Below are positions 1-10,770 of a stretch of DNA of 64,000 nucleotides, piece after piece. The stretch lies in the NCBI GenBank assembly GCA_951406725.2, contig OX597814.1, forward strand, positions 197,780,001 through 197,844,000. Direction: 5' to 3'. Numbering within the stretch: position 1 is the first letter of the stretch; every line of letters begins with the position of its first letter. The stretch comes from Octopus vulgaris (lineage: Eukaryota). The position numbers and the translations under genes were made by a program. Below the pieces are notes generated by a model, which saw only the letters and a list, made by a program, of their open reading frames with translations, did not search any database and was not told the origin of the DNA.

Positions 1-134
1 AGAAAGCTACTTACCACGCAGTCACTTCTACGGCTTCGGAGAGCTTACACTTTCGAACTTACTCTTATGCTTGTTCCACTAAAATCCGCGCTGATTAGTT
101 AAACCATATAGTTAACATACAGGTGGAAGAAATT

Positions 135-325
135 GGCGAGCTGGCAGAATCGTTAGCGGCATTTCGTTTGTCTCTACGTCCTGAGTTCAAATTCCGCCGA
201 GGTTGACTTTGCTTTTCATCCTTTCGAAGGTCGATAAAATAAGTAGGCATTGAGCACTGGAGTCGATTGTAATCGACTTATCCCTCCCTCAAAATTGCTG
301 AACTTGTGTCAAAATTTGAAACCAA
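135..325 (+). mobile_element. SINE family A (tRNA-like head GGCGAGCTGGCAGAA..GAGTTCAAATT; core GTCGACTTTGCCTTTCATCC), diverged copy
   Basis: Matches the >15 other family A copies in the window; A/B-box-like motifs present. Confidence 0.8.
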
Positions 326-639
326 TATACAGATAGAAGTTTCTTAACGGTAATCGGTAAACATTATCCACCATATCACAAATACTATAAAATATTTAGC
401 AGGAATAACGTAAAAATCAACTATAGCTGCAAAAGAAATGAGAGTAAGAACTAAAAAACAGAACGCACTGCAGGGGTAAGAACAATCATCTAAAGCATAA
501 AGAGAAGCTGAAAGCCATCATGATGAGTGAGAAGGGCCATTCGCTCAACTTGACGTGTTATGGAAATCAAATTTTTGATGACAAATAACGAAAATGGATT
601 ATTGATTCGGGTTTCCAAATGCTCCTTACCTTCAGTATA

Positions 640-850
640 TTGGTTTCAGATTTCGGCACAAGGCCAGCAATTTAGGGGGCGAGGTATGACAATTACATCG
701 ATCCCAGTGTTTCGCTAGTACTGATTTTATAGGCCTCGAAAGGATGAAAGGTAAAATCGATCTCAGCGGAATTTGAACTCAGATCGTAAAGTCGAAGAAA
801 ATGCTACTAACCATTCTGCCCGGCGTGATAATGACTCCGCCCGCTCGCCA
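640..850 (-). mobile_element. SINE family A, diverged
   Basis: Reverse-complement core GAAAGGATGAAAGG..GCGGAATTTGAACTCAGA. Confidence 0.75.
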
Positions 851-1084
851 CTTATTATCCTCAGTATACTTATTATATCTTCAGTTCTAAAGATTATTTT
901 CTAATATAACCACAGCACAAAAATTTAAAGGACCAGGTGAAGAGATCGAACCCAGTACTTGATTGAAGCTATTTTATCTACTCTGTGTTAAAGGGTAAAT
1001 CTATTGCAGTGGTATTTGAACTTGAATCGTGATGGTCAGGTGGGCCAATAGAATTTGCTCTCACGCCTAAGACAATTTTGCTGC

Positions 1085-1319
1085 TCCATACAGAAACATA
1101 CTGGACCGCATCCGGAAAAGGGCAATCTGGTTGACCGCTATAAAGTCGCTCACAGATATGTTAGAGTTTCACAGACACAGTCTTCTCCCTCTCCTCCCTC
1201 TTCCCCCTCTCTCTCTCTGTCTCTCTCTCTCTATTCTCTCTCTCTATTCTCTCTCTATTCTCTCTCTCTGTGTCTCTCTGTCTCTCTCTCCTTTATTGAT
1301 CTCTTTCTCTCTCTCCTTT

Positions 1320-1377
<58 letters not shown>

Positions 1378-1695
1378 TATTCTACAATTACAATGATGGC
1401 CTCTGCTCCTCACAACTGGCTGGACCCATGCCGTCTCTACTAGGGCATTCCCGTTCCACTCGACTCTCTCTCACTCATCATTTTTGTTGTGTCCAGGTCC
1501 CATGCTACTTCCTAGACCCAGTCCTTTTTTCCCAGAGCGTCGGCACTCTAGAGTTCCCTCTCCTTGCTCCTATCTTTTCTACAGCCGTTGACTTACACAG
1601 ATTCAACGGAAACTTCAAAACCACCAATCTCACTCGTCTAGGAAGGTCTGTAAAAACCGTGAGCTCTGCCCCCTTTCTCCAAGCTTAGCAAAAAA
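1085..1695 (+). mobile_element. 3' remnant of a CR1/L2-group (Daphne-like) non-LTR retrotransposon, interrupted by a (CT)n expansion
   Basis: Translation LDRIRKRAIWLT..SLTDML..HRH / LLFYNYNDGLCSSQLAGPMP..RSTR / SFFPRASAL / IFSTAVDLHRF resembles the post-RT C-terminus of this group; A-rich end near 1690. Confidence 0.65.
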
Positions 1696-1961
1696 CAAGT
1701 TAAATTATTATATGGACTAATTAATTTTAAAACCAGCTTGAAATAATTTTTTTTTTTAATTGTCACGTCGGAAACATGCTAACTTGTCATTGTCCGATGT
1801 TAACAGGACAGGATTACATATAATCGATAAATTATTCACTCTTGAAACGATTGCTCAATTAATTCTGCTGACTTGTCCGTCAATTTACTCTCAACTGCTT
1901 TTTAGAAGATTATAATTGTGTTATTTAACACCTTACGTCCATAATCTCTCTATATATATAT

Positions 1962-2193
1962 GTTTCTTTATAACCCACAAAGGGGCTAAACATAGAGAGG
2001 ACAAACAAGGACAGACAAACGAATTAAGTTGATTACATCGACCCCAGTGCGTAACTGGTACTTAATTTATCGACCCCGAAAGGATGAAAGGCAAAGTCGA
2101 CTTCGGCGGAATTTGAACTCAGAACGTAACGGTAGACGAAATACGGCTACGCATTTCGCCCGGTGTGCTAACGGTTCTGCCAGCTCGCCGCCT
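1962..2193 (-). mobile_element. SINE family A, full length
   Basis: Complete head and tail; flanked by TSD-like TAATCTC(TC)TATATATATA at ~1942 and ~2194. Confidence 0.9.
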
Positions 2194-2198
2194 TAATC

Positions 2199-2563
2199 TC
2201 TATATATATAAACGGCAAAATGTGTGTGTGTGCGTTTCCTTTATACAAATCCACAATGTTTCAGTTAGACGGCTCACACTTTCTATTGTCATTCAAAACC
2301 GTCCAAGGGTGGTCGTGCACATCTTTACATTTCCCCAGTCACCCGCAAAGCCATTAAAAACATGAATAGAAGTGACTTTTTTGTGAATTTTCTATCCAAA
2401 ACCCAGTTAAAATGTCCGAAACTTGATACGCCAATTGAATGCCAGCTATCTGTATGTGATTGGTCAGAGATTTGGACAGTACTTGCGTGTATGTGCGCAC
2501 GCATGCAGCTGTATATGCATGCACTAGCACTATGACCCGACGTTGCCGGGTCATAGTGCTAGT
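2199..2563 (+). mobile_element. Non-autonomous Helitron-like element
   Basis: Starts TCTATATATATAAA plus a (TG)n tract; ends in a 17-bp-arm palindrome and CTAG-T (2523-2563). Confidence 0.6.
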
Positions 2564-2569
2564 AGATAT

Positions 2570-2911
2570 TATTTCTGGACGAATATCGCGTTTAATTTCG
2601 CTTCCTGTCGTGGCACTCCGTTGGTTACAATGACGAGCACTCCACAGACATATGAACCTTTAACGTAGTTCTCGAGGAGATTCAGCGTGACGCAGTGTGT
2701 GACGAGGCTGGCCCTTTGAAATACAGGTACAACAGAAATAGGAAGAAAGAGAGAAAGTTGTGATGAAAGAATATAGCAGGGTTCGCTACCACCCTCTGCC
2801 GGGGTCTCGTAGAGCTTTAGGTGTTTTCGCTCAATAAACACTCACAGCGAACGTTCTGAGAATCGAAACCGCGAGACCGCTGCTTTAACCACTGGGCCAG
2901 CGCGCCTCCAC
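2570..2911 (-). mobile_element. SINE family C (head GTGGAGGCGC..GTGGTT..GTTTCGATT)
   Basis: Homologous to copies at 21.4, 45.8 and 54.0 kb. Confidence 0.85.
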
Positions 2912-3099
2912 TTTCTGTGATGCATTTGCATTAAGTGCGATACATAGATTGTTTTTAGTTTTATGTCTTACTCAACAGCGTCCTTGACCCTTTTGCAAGT
3001 CCTTCGAGACAAATGGAAATAGGAAAAGCTGAGGGCCTTACCCAGAGGTTTGCAATAGATTCAGTTAAATGCACCTAACCGCCAAGACTACTGTGGATG

Positions 3100-3131
<32 letters not shown>

Positions 3132-3355
3132 AAAAAATGAAGTTCGAAAATGCTGCTATATTATACAATTTTTAATTTTTATATATACATTATAACATGT
3201 TTCAGTTCCTGAAATGAACCTTATCAAAAAAAAGTTATATATAAAAAAAGACAGCTCATGCCGTCAAACACAAGAAATTCATTTATAATACACAACGGAG
3301 TCAGACATCTTAGAGTTCATGTATAGTTGATATATAGTTTGAAGTAAGTTCATTC

Positions 3356-3781
3356 ATGCTATATGTTCAAAGTGTTCGAAGGCCCAACTGCGGAATCTGT
3401 GTCATCTTGAAAGAAGGATCAGAATTTATACTGGAACAAGGCCACCAGTTCACCATTAGAACAAACTTCACCTGCGCATCAGAAAACTTAATTTACGTCA
3501 TAACATGCGCAGGCTGCAATAGGCAGTATATAGGCCATACAAAAAATAGCTTACGTAACAGGATGGCGGTGCATAAATCACAAATTAGAAACCCTGATTA
3601 CCGCAAAATACCGGTCAGCGGACACATAGATAGATGTGCTGGAAATGTAAATCCGAAATTTACAACTAACCCGCTCTATAAATTCAGTGACAACGCAACC
3701 TTCACACAACGCCAAAATAAAGAACTATATTTCATAAAAAAATTTAGACCAAGTTTAAACACCCTGGGCCAGGAATACTAA
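3356..3781 (+). CDS. GIY-YIG endonuclease domain of a PLE (C-terminal part of the RT-EN polyprotein; the first ~8 codons come from the inverted pLTR)
   Basis: CxxC..FTCASENLIYVITCAGCNRQYIGHT..LRNRMAVH..VSGH..RQNKELYFIKKFRPSLN: LIY/YIG, conserved R, E and terminal N, plus a Cys-rich linker typical of Neptune-type PLEs; uninterrupted. Confidence 0.88.
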   Translation: MLYVQSVRRPNCGICVILKEGSEFILEQGHQFTIRTNFTCASENLIYVITCAGCNRQYIGHTKNSLRNRMAVHKSQIRNPDYRKIPVSGHIDRCAGNVNPKFTTNPLYKFSDNATFTQRQNKELYFIKKFRPSLNTLGQEY

Positions 3782-3948
3782 AACAAAAGATAAGTCCTCC
3801 GAAAAGGAGAAGCAAAATTCCACCACGGCCGCTACCTTAAACAGATACTCGCTCTGACGGAAATATGCCTTAGTAAAAAAGGAAAAAAATTCTTTCGTGC
3901 AAATCTGACCCTGATACATACGATACAGCTAAGGGTCAGACCCGATTC

Positions 3949-4321
3949 TGATTGGTCAACAAGTTGATGACGTCTAGTTCTGCTAGAATAGACAGAATAC
4001 AAACAGGGGACAGTCATTAGTCAGAATATTGATGACGTCCTTTTCTGCTTGACTAGTCACCTAACAAGTACAGACAGGGGGCAGATCTAATGTAGCTATA
4101 AGTCGTGATTGGGCAGAATCTGGATGACGTCCCGTTCTGCTTGACTAACGAAGCGACTGGTCAAAACAGGAAACAGACAAGAGGCAGTTATAATGCAGCG
4201 ATTGGTCAAAATGATGATGACGTCCCGTTCTGCTTGACTAAAGCCACCTAACGAAACGATTGGTCAAAACATTGATGACATCACGCTACGCTGGACTGAC
4301 CACCTAACAGGCATTATAAAA
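3949..4321 (+). promoter_or_regulatory. Putative Pol II promoter within the pLTR: five GATTGG..GATGACGTC units followed by TATAAAA
   Basis: Units near 3950, 4016, 4108, 4200 and 4258; TATA box at 4315-4321. Confidence 0.55.
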
Positions 4322-4655
4322 CCGAGCACTTCACAAGACTCACTAGAACCACCCAGTGAACACCCACCATGGGTCATCACAATTGCTTAAGGTAAAAATG
4401 AATTCCTCGCTCTTTCGGAAACATCAATCTTCTGTATTGACTGCTTTCCACCACTTTGATCTGTTTTTTGTATTGAATACGTATCGCCACCGTGGGCCAC
4501 TGCATCGAACACTTTGAACATATAGCATGAATGAACTTACTTCAAACTATATATCAACTATACATGAACTCTAAGATGTCTGACTCCGTTGTGTATTATA
4601 AATGAATTTCTTGTGTTTGACGGCATGAGCTGTCTTTTTTTATATATAACTTTTT

Positions 4656-4690
4656 TTGATAAGGTTCATTTCAGGAACTGAAACATGTTA
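4656..4690 (+). ncRNA. Degenerate minimal hammerhead ribozyme motif in the pLTR (mirror copy at 3193-3227, minus strand)
   Basis: UUGAUAA-GGUUC(auuucag)GAACU-GAAA-CAUGUU; two changes from the CUGAUGA core. Confidence 0.45.
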
Positions 4691-4788
4691 TAATGTATAT
4701 ATAAAAATTAAAAATTGTATAATATAGCAGCATTTTCGAACTTCATTTTTTACAAATATATACCTACTCGTATACGAGCTAATCCTAT

Positions 4789-4821
<33 letters not shown>

Positions 4822-4826
<5 letters not shown>

Positions 4827-5150
4827 TATTTTGTGTAATGAGATTAAAAAAACCAAGGCTGTATAGATATTAGAGCATTTATAGATAGAAGGTCTTACAG
4901 CTGTTTCTAGAATATTAATAATAATATCCCTTCATCGGAGACGGTGTGAGAGGAAAAGTTAATATCCTAGAAACAGCTGTAAGACCTATGTATAAATGCT
5001 CTAATATCTATACAGCCTTGGTTTTTTTTTATCTCATTACACAAAAAATTCATATATACACACGCTGACGCAGAACCAACGTTGAACCCTTTATTCGCAA
5101 TATTACCGAATCTGGAACTTAACTATGGTCTGTCTATAGCACTTACTCTT
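4822..5150. mobile_element. Non-coding PLE-like hairpin mini-element between (TA)n tracts
   Basis: ~100-bp inverted arms (~4822-4918 and 4959-5058), 40-bp spacer, ~90-bp tail, then (TA)n. Confidence 0.75.
4892..4942 (-). ncRNA. Minimal hammerhead ribozyme motif
   Basis: GUCU-CCGAUGA-AGGGAUAUU(auuauu)AAUAUUCUA-GAAA-CAGCUG-UA-AGAC: stems I and II, palindromic stem III, U4C variant core. Confidence 0.7.
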
Positions 5151-6307
5151 ATATATATATTCCATAGGGTTTTGATTGTGTAAGTATATTATGTAGAGAA
5201 AATGTAAAAGTTAGAATTACGCTCAAAACTCTATAGGTAATTGATTCAATATTACGATAACAATAGCAAAGGAGATTTTGCTTATCCGATAAAAAATATT
5301 TTTCTAAAGGCAAATCGAAAATTTTATTTGTAATAAGTCATTAAAATTTTATTAAATATTAGATGCCTTCAATCAGTAACACGTTTAAATTAGCCTCAGA
5401 CTTTAGAATTTAAATAAAATTTTGGTTTTGCTTAATAAAATAATTTATTATTTAAAAAAGAAATTTTTTTCTAAGAATTATTTGATTCTGATTAGTTTAT
5501 GAAAAGAATCCGTTGATATTTCTCTTCAAGCTACTGGATTCACTAAGACTCTATGAAAGACTTTTTTCTGATCTAAAAATATTTTTAGGCTGATTAGATC
5601 TGTATAATCTAAAAATATGTTACTGCTAAAATTATTCATTATTCAATTAATATGCACGAAAGTTCTTCCCCAACACTTCTTGTGATGCAATCTAATATCA
5701 GTTCTATCATTATTCCATAAAAGCTAAATTACCAGAAAAGTCTAAATACTCTTTTGCTTTTTAAATCCTTGTTCATTATAATCAAAACTAAACACCCCAT
5801 TGGAGTCCCTTAATTAAATCCTTAATTAAAATCCTGATTTGATTTAAGGATTGGATTTCTAATGAAATTCAAATTCTCTGAAAATACAGAATTAATTATC
5901 AAAGATTTTTATCGTTGGAAGATAAGGACATTTTTGGATAAAGAAATCCTCTGTGGAAGCACAGATTGTTTGATAGGTATTGCGCTCTATAAAAACTATC
6001 TTCATTTAAAATATTTGTTTTCTTTGTATTTTACTAAATTCGGTGTATTTCTTGTTCATATTCACTAAGTTTTCCAACGTCAACTCAGGGAATAAACATA
6101 TCAAAAATAAAATGTATGCCACAGAATCTCCCAAAACTAGACACCAAAATTTAAGCATTGTCTAAGCTCAATTAGGTTACCGAAGAAGAAAACCAAACAA
6201 TACCAAAGTAAGCGATTCTCACAGACTAAGAATCTACAAACATTTTCCGCTTTACAGGAATTAAGGATAACCCAGAAAAACGAGACTAAGATTATAAGAA
6301 ATTAAAA

Positions 6308-6538
6308 GGCGGTGACCTGGCAGAAACGCTAGCACGCCGGGCGAAATACTTAGCGGTATTTCGTCTGCCGTTACGTTCTGAGTTCAAATTCCGCCGAGGT
6401 CGACTTTGCCTTTCATCATTTCGGGGTCGATAAATTAAGTATCAGTTACGCACTGGGGTCGATCTAATTGACTTAATCCCTTTGTCTGTCCTTGTTTGTC
6501 CCTTCTATGTTTAGACCCTTGTGGACAATAAAGAAATA
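6308..6538 (+). mobile_element. SINE family A, full length
   Basis: TSD GATTATAAGAAATT at ~6290 and ~6540. Confidence 0.92.
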
Positions 6539-6810
6539 GGATTATAAGAAATTCACAATCGAACATAACATGTATGCATTTTCATCATCAGCTACCAAAC
6601 GGATATCATTGTGGTTTCGACACCTGTGTAGTACAACTTGATCCGGTGGTGGCCACAGCGTTAAAAATATAGATGCTGTCTGGGAATCATTTAGCATATA
6701 ACTACAAGTAACAACATAGGAGTGAACAAATAGGGATAACTTTCGGCTATATACAAGTCAGATAAACAATAAAATATCCTTTACACTGAGAATATTTTTC
6801 CTACATTAAT

Positions 6811-6984
6811 AGGAGTAGGAGTGGCTGTGTGGTAAGTAGCTTGCTTACGAACCACCTGGATCCGGGTTCAGTCCCACTGCGTGGCACCTCGGGGGCAAGT
6901 GTCTTCTGCTATAGCCTCGGGCCGACTAAAGCCTTGTGAGTGGATCTGGTAGACGGAAACTGAAAGAATCCCGTCGTATATATG

Positions 6985-7015
<31 letters not shown>

Positions 7016-7245
7016 ATGTGTGTGTGTGTGTGTGTGTGTCTGTGTTTGTCTCCCCCCCAACATCGCTTGACAACCGATGCTGGTGTGTTTACGTCCCCGT
7101 AACTTAGCGGTTCGGCGAAAGAGACCGATAGAATAAGTACTAGGCTTACAAAGATTAAGTCCTAGGGTAAATTTACTCGACTAAATGTGGTGCTCCAGCA
7201 TGGCCACAGTCACATCACTGAAACAAGTGAAGGAGCAAAAGAGTA
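6811..7245 (+). mobile_element. SINE family B (head GGAGTGGCTGTGTGGTAAG..GGTTCAGTCCC; internal (TA)/(TG) tract; tail ..GACTGAAACAAGT)
   Basis: Homologous to ~10 copies in the window. Confidence 0.9.
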
Positions 7246-7329
7246 CATTAAAAACGATTCCACTTGATTTCAGTTTCTTTAGCAATCAGGGGTTTAGGCT
7301 TGGCCTCTGTAACTCGAACCCTACGACTT

Positions 7330-7517
7330 AAGACGCCAGGGCTTTATCCGGTTTCGATACCGTATAAGTGACTGAGGTTACAACACACCGTTCTGAACGG
7401 GGCAACACGAAATGAATTGCTTTGCTCGTGAAGACAACGCATAACCCGGTCCAAGAATCGAAACCACGATCTAACGATCCTAAGTGCAACATCCTAACCA
7501 TTAGGCCACGCGCCTTC
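7330..7517 (-). mobile_element. tRNA-headed SINE related to family D
   Basis: Reverse complement GGCGCGTGGCCTAATGGTTAGG..GGTTTCGATTC. Confidence 0.65.
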
Positions 7518-7657
7518 ACGAGCAATCAATACTGCAAGAGAATAACGGTTTCTGGTTTAGGCTTAAGACCAGCAATTTCAAGATGTAAAGGTTAGTTGAT
7601 ACCATTAACCCTAGTATTTGACTGTTACTTTATATTTAATCTACTACCTGCTTTGTG

Positions 7658-8265
7658 TTATTTCTTTACTGACCACAAGGGGCTACACACATAGAGGACA
7701 AACAAGGACAGACAAACGGACAGGCAAACGGATTAAGTCAATTACATCGATCCCAGTGCGTAATTTATCGACCCCGAAAGGATGAAAGGCAAATTCGACC
7801 TCGGCGGAATTGGAACTCAGAACGTAGCGGCAAACGAAATACGGCTACGCATTTCGCCTGGCGTGCTAACGTTTCTGCCAGCTCACCGCCTACTACCTGC
7901 TATTTCTAGCAGGACGAACGACTATATAGAGGCGTCTTCATTGTCTGATTAACATTTCTGTGCTAACATTTCTTATTTCTTTACTACCCACAAGGGGCTA
8001 AACACAGAGAAGACAAACAAGGACAGACAAACGGATTAAGTCGATTATATCGACCCCAGTGCGTAACTGGTACTTATTTAATCGACCCTGAATAGATGAA
8101 AGGCAAAATCGACCTCGGTGTTATTTGAACTCAGAACGTAGCGGCAAACGAAATACGGCTACGCATTTCGCCCGGCGTGCTAACGTTTCTGCCAGCTCAC
8201 CGCCTACTACCTGCTATTTCTAGCAGGACGAACGACTATATAGAGGCGTCTTCATTATCTGATTA
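7658..8265 (-). mobile_element. Two family A SINEs with a duplicated ~60-bp flank (tandem duplication)
   Basis: 7891-7950 is repeated at 8205-8265, each directly after a SINE copy. Confidence 0.85.
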
Positions 8266-9128
8266 ATTTTGTTTTCTTTGTATGTATGGCTGCAAAATCC
8301 TCTCCTCTGTTGATTTATAGTAGTTTACTTTCGCTAGTAAGAAGGGAGACAATCGATTTATTAGATTCTATTTTATGTTTATAGTTTGGAAGCCATTTTC
8401 TCTCGCTGATTTCTCTATCACTGGACTGGCTTAAGAGATAAGTACAGAGATGCCGGGCAAATGTGAGTGAAAGGCTATCTGTCCATGTATGTAAGATCGT
8501 TGACTAGTTAGGTACTAAATTATATGGTTTTAACTGACCTGATGACTTTATCTAGTTAACGGATTACGTACCATGATTCTAATAGTCCGTGAATAGGACG
8601 GAGCTAATGAACAGAATATACTAAACATGTAACCATAGCAATCAAGATAAGGAATCGATATCAGCGCATGGTTTTCAATAGTTGTATAACTATTTGACAC
8701 ACTCTCTCTTCATACCTTCTCCCTCAACCTCTCTCATATATACGTGCGTGTGTGTGTAAATATATATTATATATATATATATACATATATATACCTTCGA
8801 AACACGCAATAAGTCGAAGCAGGGGCAGCAGCTGAAGAAGGGGGATGTTCGTTGTGTTGTATGTCTTGTACTCTGTTTTTTCGTTGTTTAAAAAAGTTCG
8901 TTTCCATGTTTTGTTTTTATGTTTTCGTTTCTCGTTGTGTTCTACATTTTTTTTGTGGTGTCCTATACCCATATATGCATGTATATATACATATAGATGT
9001 AGGTATGTACATATATGTATGTATGTATGTATGCATATGTTTTATTTATTAAATTGTTTATATATATATATAGATATATATATATATATATATATAATGA
9101 GAGAGAGAAAAACTAAGAGAGAGAGAAG

Positions 9129-9437
9129 GCGCATGGCGCAGAGAAGGCGCATGATTAGATCGCCAGGCTTACAATCGTTTCTGAGTTCGATTCCCCTACC
9201 GGGCTGTCGTGTTTTGGGGTAAGACACTTTTATTTCACGTTGCTCCAGTTCACTCAGCTGTAGAAATGAGTTGTGCCGTCACTGGTGCCGAGCTGTATCG
9301 GCTCCTTTGCCTTGAAGAACATCGATGGCGTGGACAGGGGAAACTGGTATAGATGGGCTTCCATAAAACAACTGGTCTTCCATAAAACAACTTTGCTCGG
9401 ACTTGTGCCATGGAAGGCAACTTTCTAAATGTAATCT
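9129..9437 (+). mobile_element. SINE family D (GGCGCATGG..GAGTTCGATTCC..CACGTTGCTCCAGTT)
   Basis: Homologous to 62150-62472 on the minus strand. Confidence 0.8.
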
Positions 9438-9453
9438 CATTATTATTATTATT

Positions 9454-9888
9454 GAGTGAGCGAGCAGAGCATGCCATCAAAGTGACACTGGGGTAAAATA
9501 TACGAAGCCCAGTATACCCATCATGACTACCCGTCTGATAAGGGTACACCAGGCACATGCATCACAACCATATGTGCGCGACATGGTGATCTCATATCAA
9601 GATAAACAGCACATGACCTTGCAGGTGGAGCCCAGTTAGAATTTTCTTCAGATCGAGTAACCCATCAAAAGGTCCCTGAATAAGGGTTGTTTAAGGACGT
9701 TGAACGAAACACCCATGTTTCCAGAGGTGAATTATTCAAACCCCAAAGAATCCTTCTCAACACATGGCTATGATGCTCCCCCACTACTTCTGCTCGTGAT
9801 CAGAGATGCACATATCGTCAGCCACTAAGGGACATGCTCAACTGGTTAAGGTCAAACAACTGACAAGCAAATCTGTGGTATTGAGCAA
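9454..9888. repeat. ~435-bp non-coding insert bracketed by (ATT)n
   Basis: Higher-GC, non-simple sequence with (ATT)n immediately on both sides. Confidence 0.45.
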
Positions 9889-9920
<32 letters not shown>

Positions 9921-10261
9921 CTACCCAGGCCTATTCCTCATAGGAGCGGGTACCCACAAGACACACAGCAAGCATTCCATTCATTTCCCATCTCAAAGAG
10001 GCGAGCCCCGTCCTATGCTCGGATCAAGGCATAGAAAGAAACCCCTGATATCAGCAGCGGGGCCCGATAGCCCGTGCAGGTTTACCCCCGCCGCTTTATG
10101 CTCGTTCCGTACCACTTTGAGCAACATAATTAGCGATTGGCAAAGGTTACCGATAGAATAACTGTTAGACTCAAAATATGTACTGGAGGCGATTTGTTCG
10201 TCTATACATTTCAATGTGGTGATCCGGCATCGCTGCATTCCAATGACTGAAACAAGTTATG

Positions 10262-10263
<2 letters not shown>

Positions 10264-10337
<74 letters not shown>

Positions 10338-10390
10338 ATTGTATATATGCATATATATATATGTGTGTGTGTGTATGATTGTATATATGC

Positions 10391-10424
<34 letters not shown>

Positions 10425-10739
10425 ATGTGTGTATGATTGTATATATGCATATATATATATATATATATGTGTGTATATGTATATATATGTATGTATGTAT
10501 GTATATGTATCTATGTATATGTATGTATGTATGTATATGTATGTATATATATGTATGTATGTATATGTATATATATGTATGTATGTATATATATATGATT
10601 GAATGCATATTTGTATATATATGTATGTATAAATATGATTGTATGCATATTTGTATATATATGTATATATATATATGATTGTATGCATATATGTATGTAT
10701 GTGTATATATATATATATATATGTGTGTGTGTGATTGTA

Positions 10740-10770
<31 letters not shown>
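10264..10770. repeat. Compound (TA)/(TG)/(TATG) microsatellite
   Basis: Directly visible. Confidence 0.95.

Larger units (their letters stand above)
3121..4795 (+). mobile_element. Penelope-like retroelement (Neptune-type), 5'-truncated with inverted pseudo-LTR, inserted in (TA)n
   Basis: GIY-YIG ORF; 3121-3379 is the reverse complement of 4505-4762 (one indel seen); (TA)n on both flanks. Confidence 0.9.

Noticed and set aside
3121-4762. TIR DNA transposon interpretation of the 258-bp inverted repeat
   Set aside because: The cargo is a PLE-type GIY-YIG rather than a DDE transposase, and the element extends ~30 bp beyond the right arm, as expected for an inverted pLTR.
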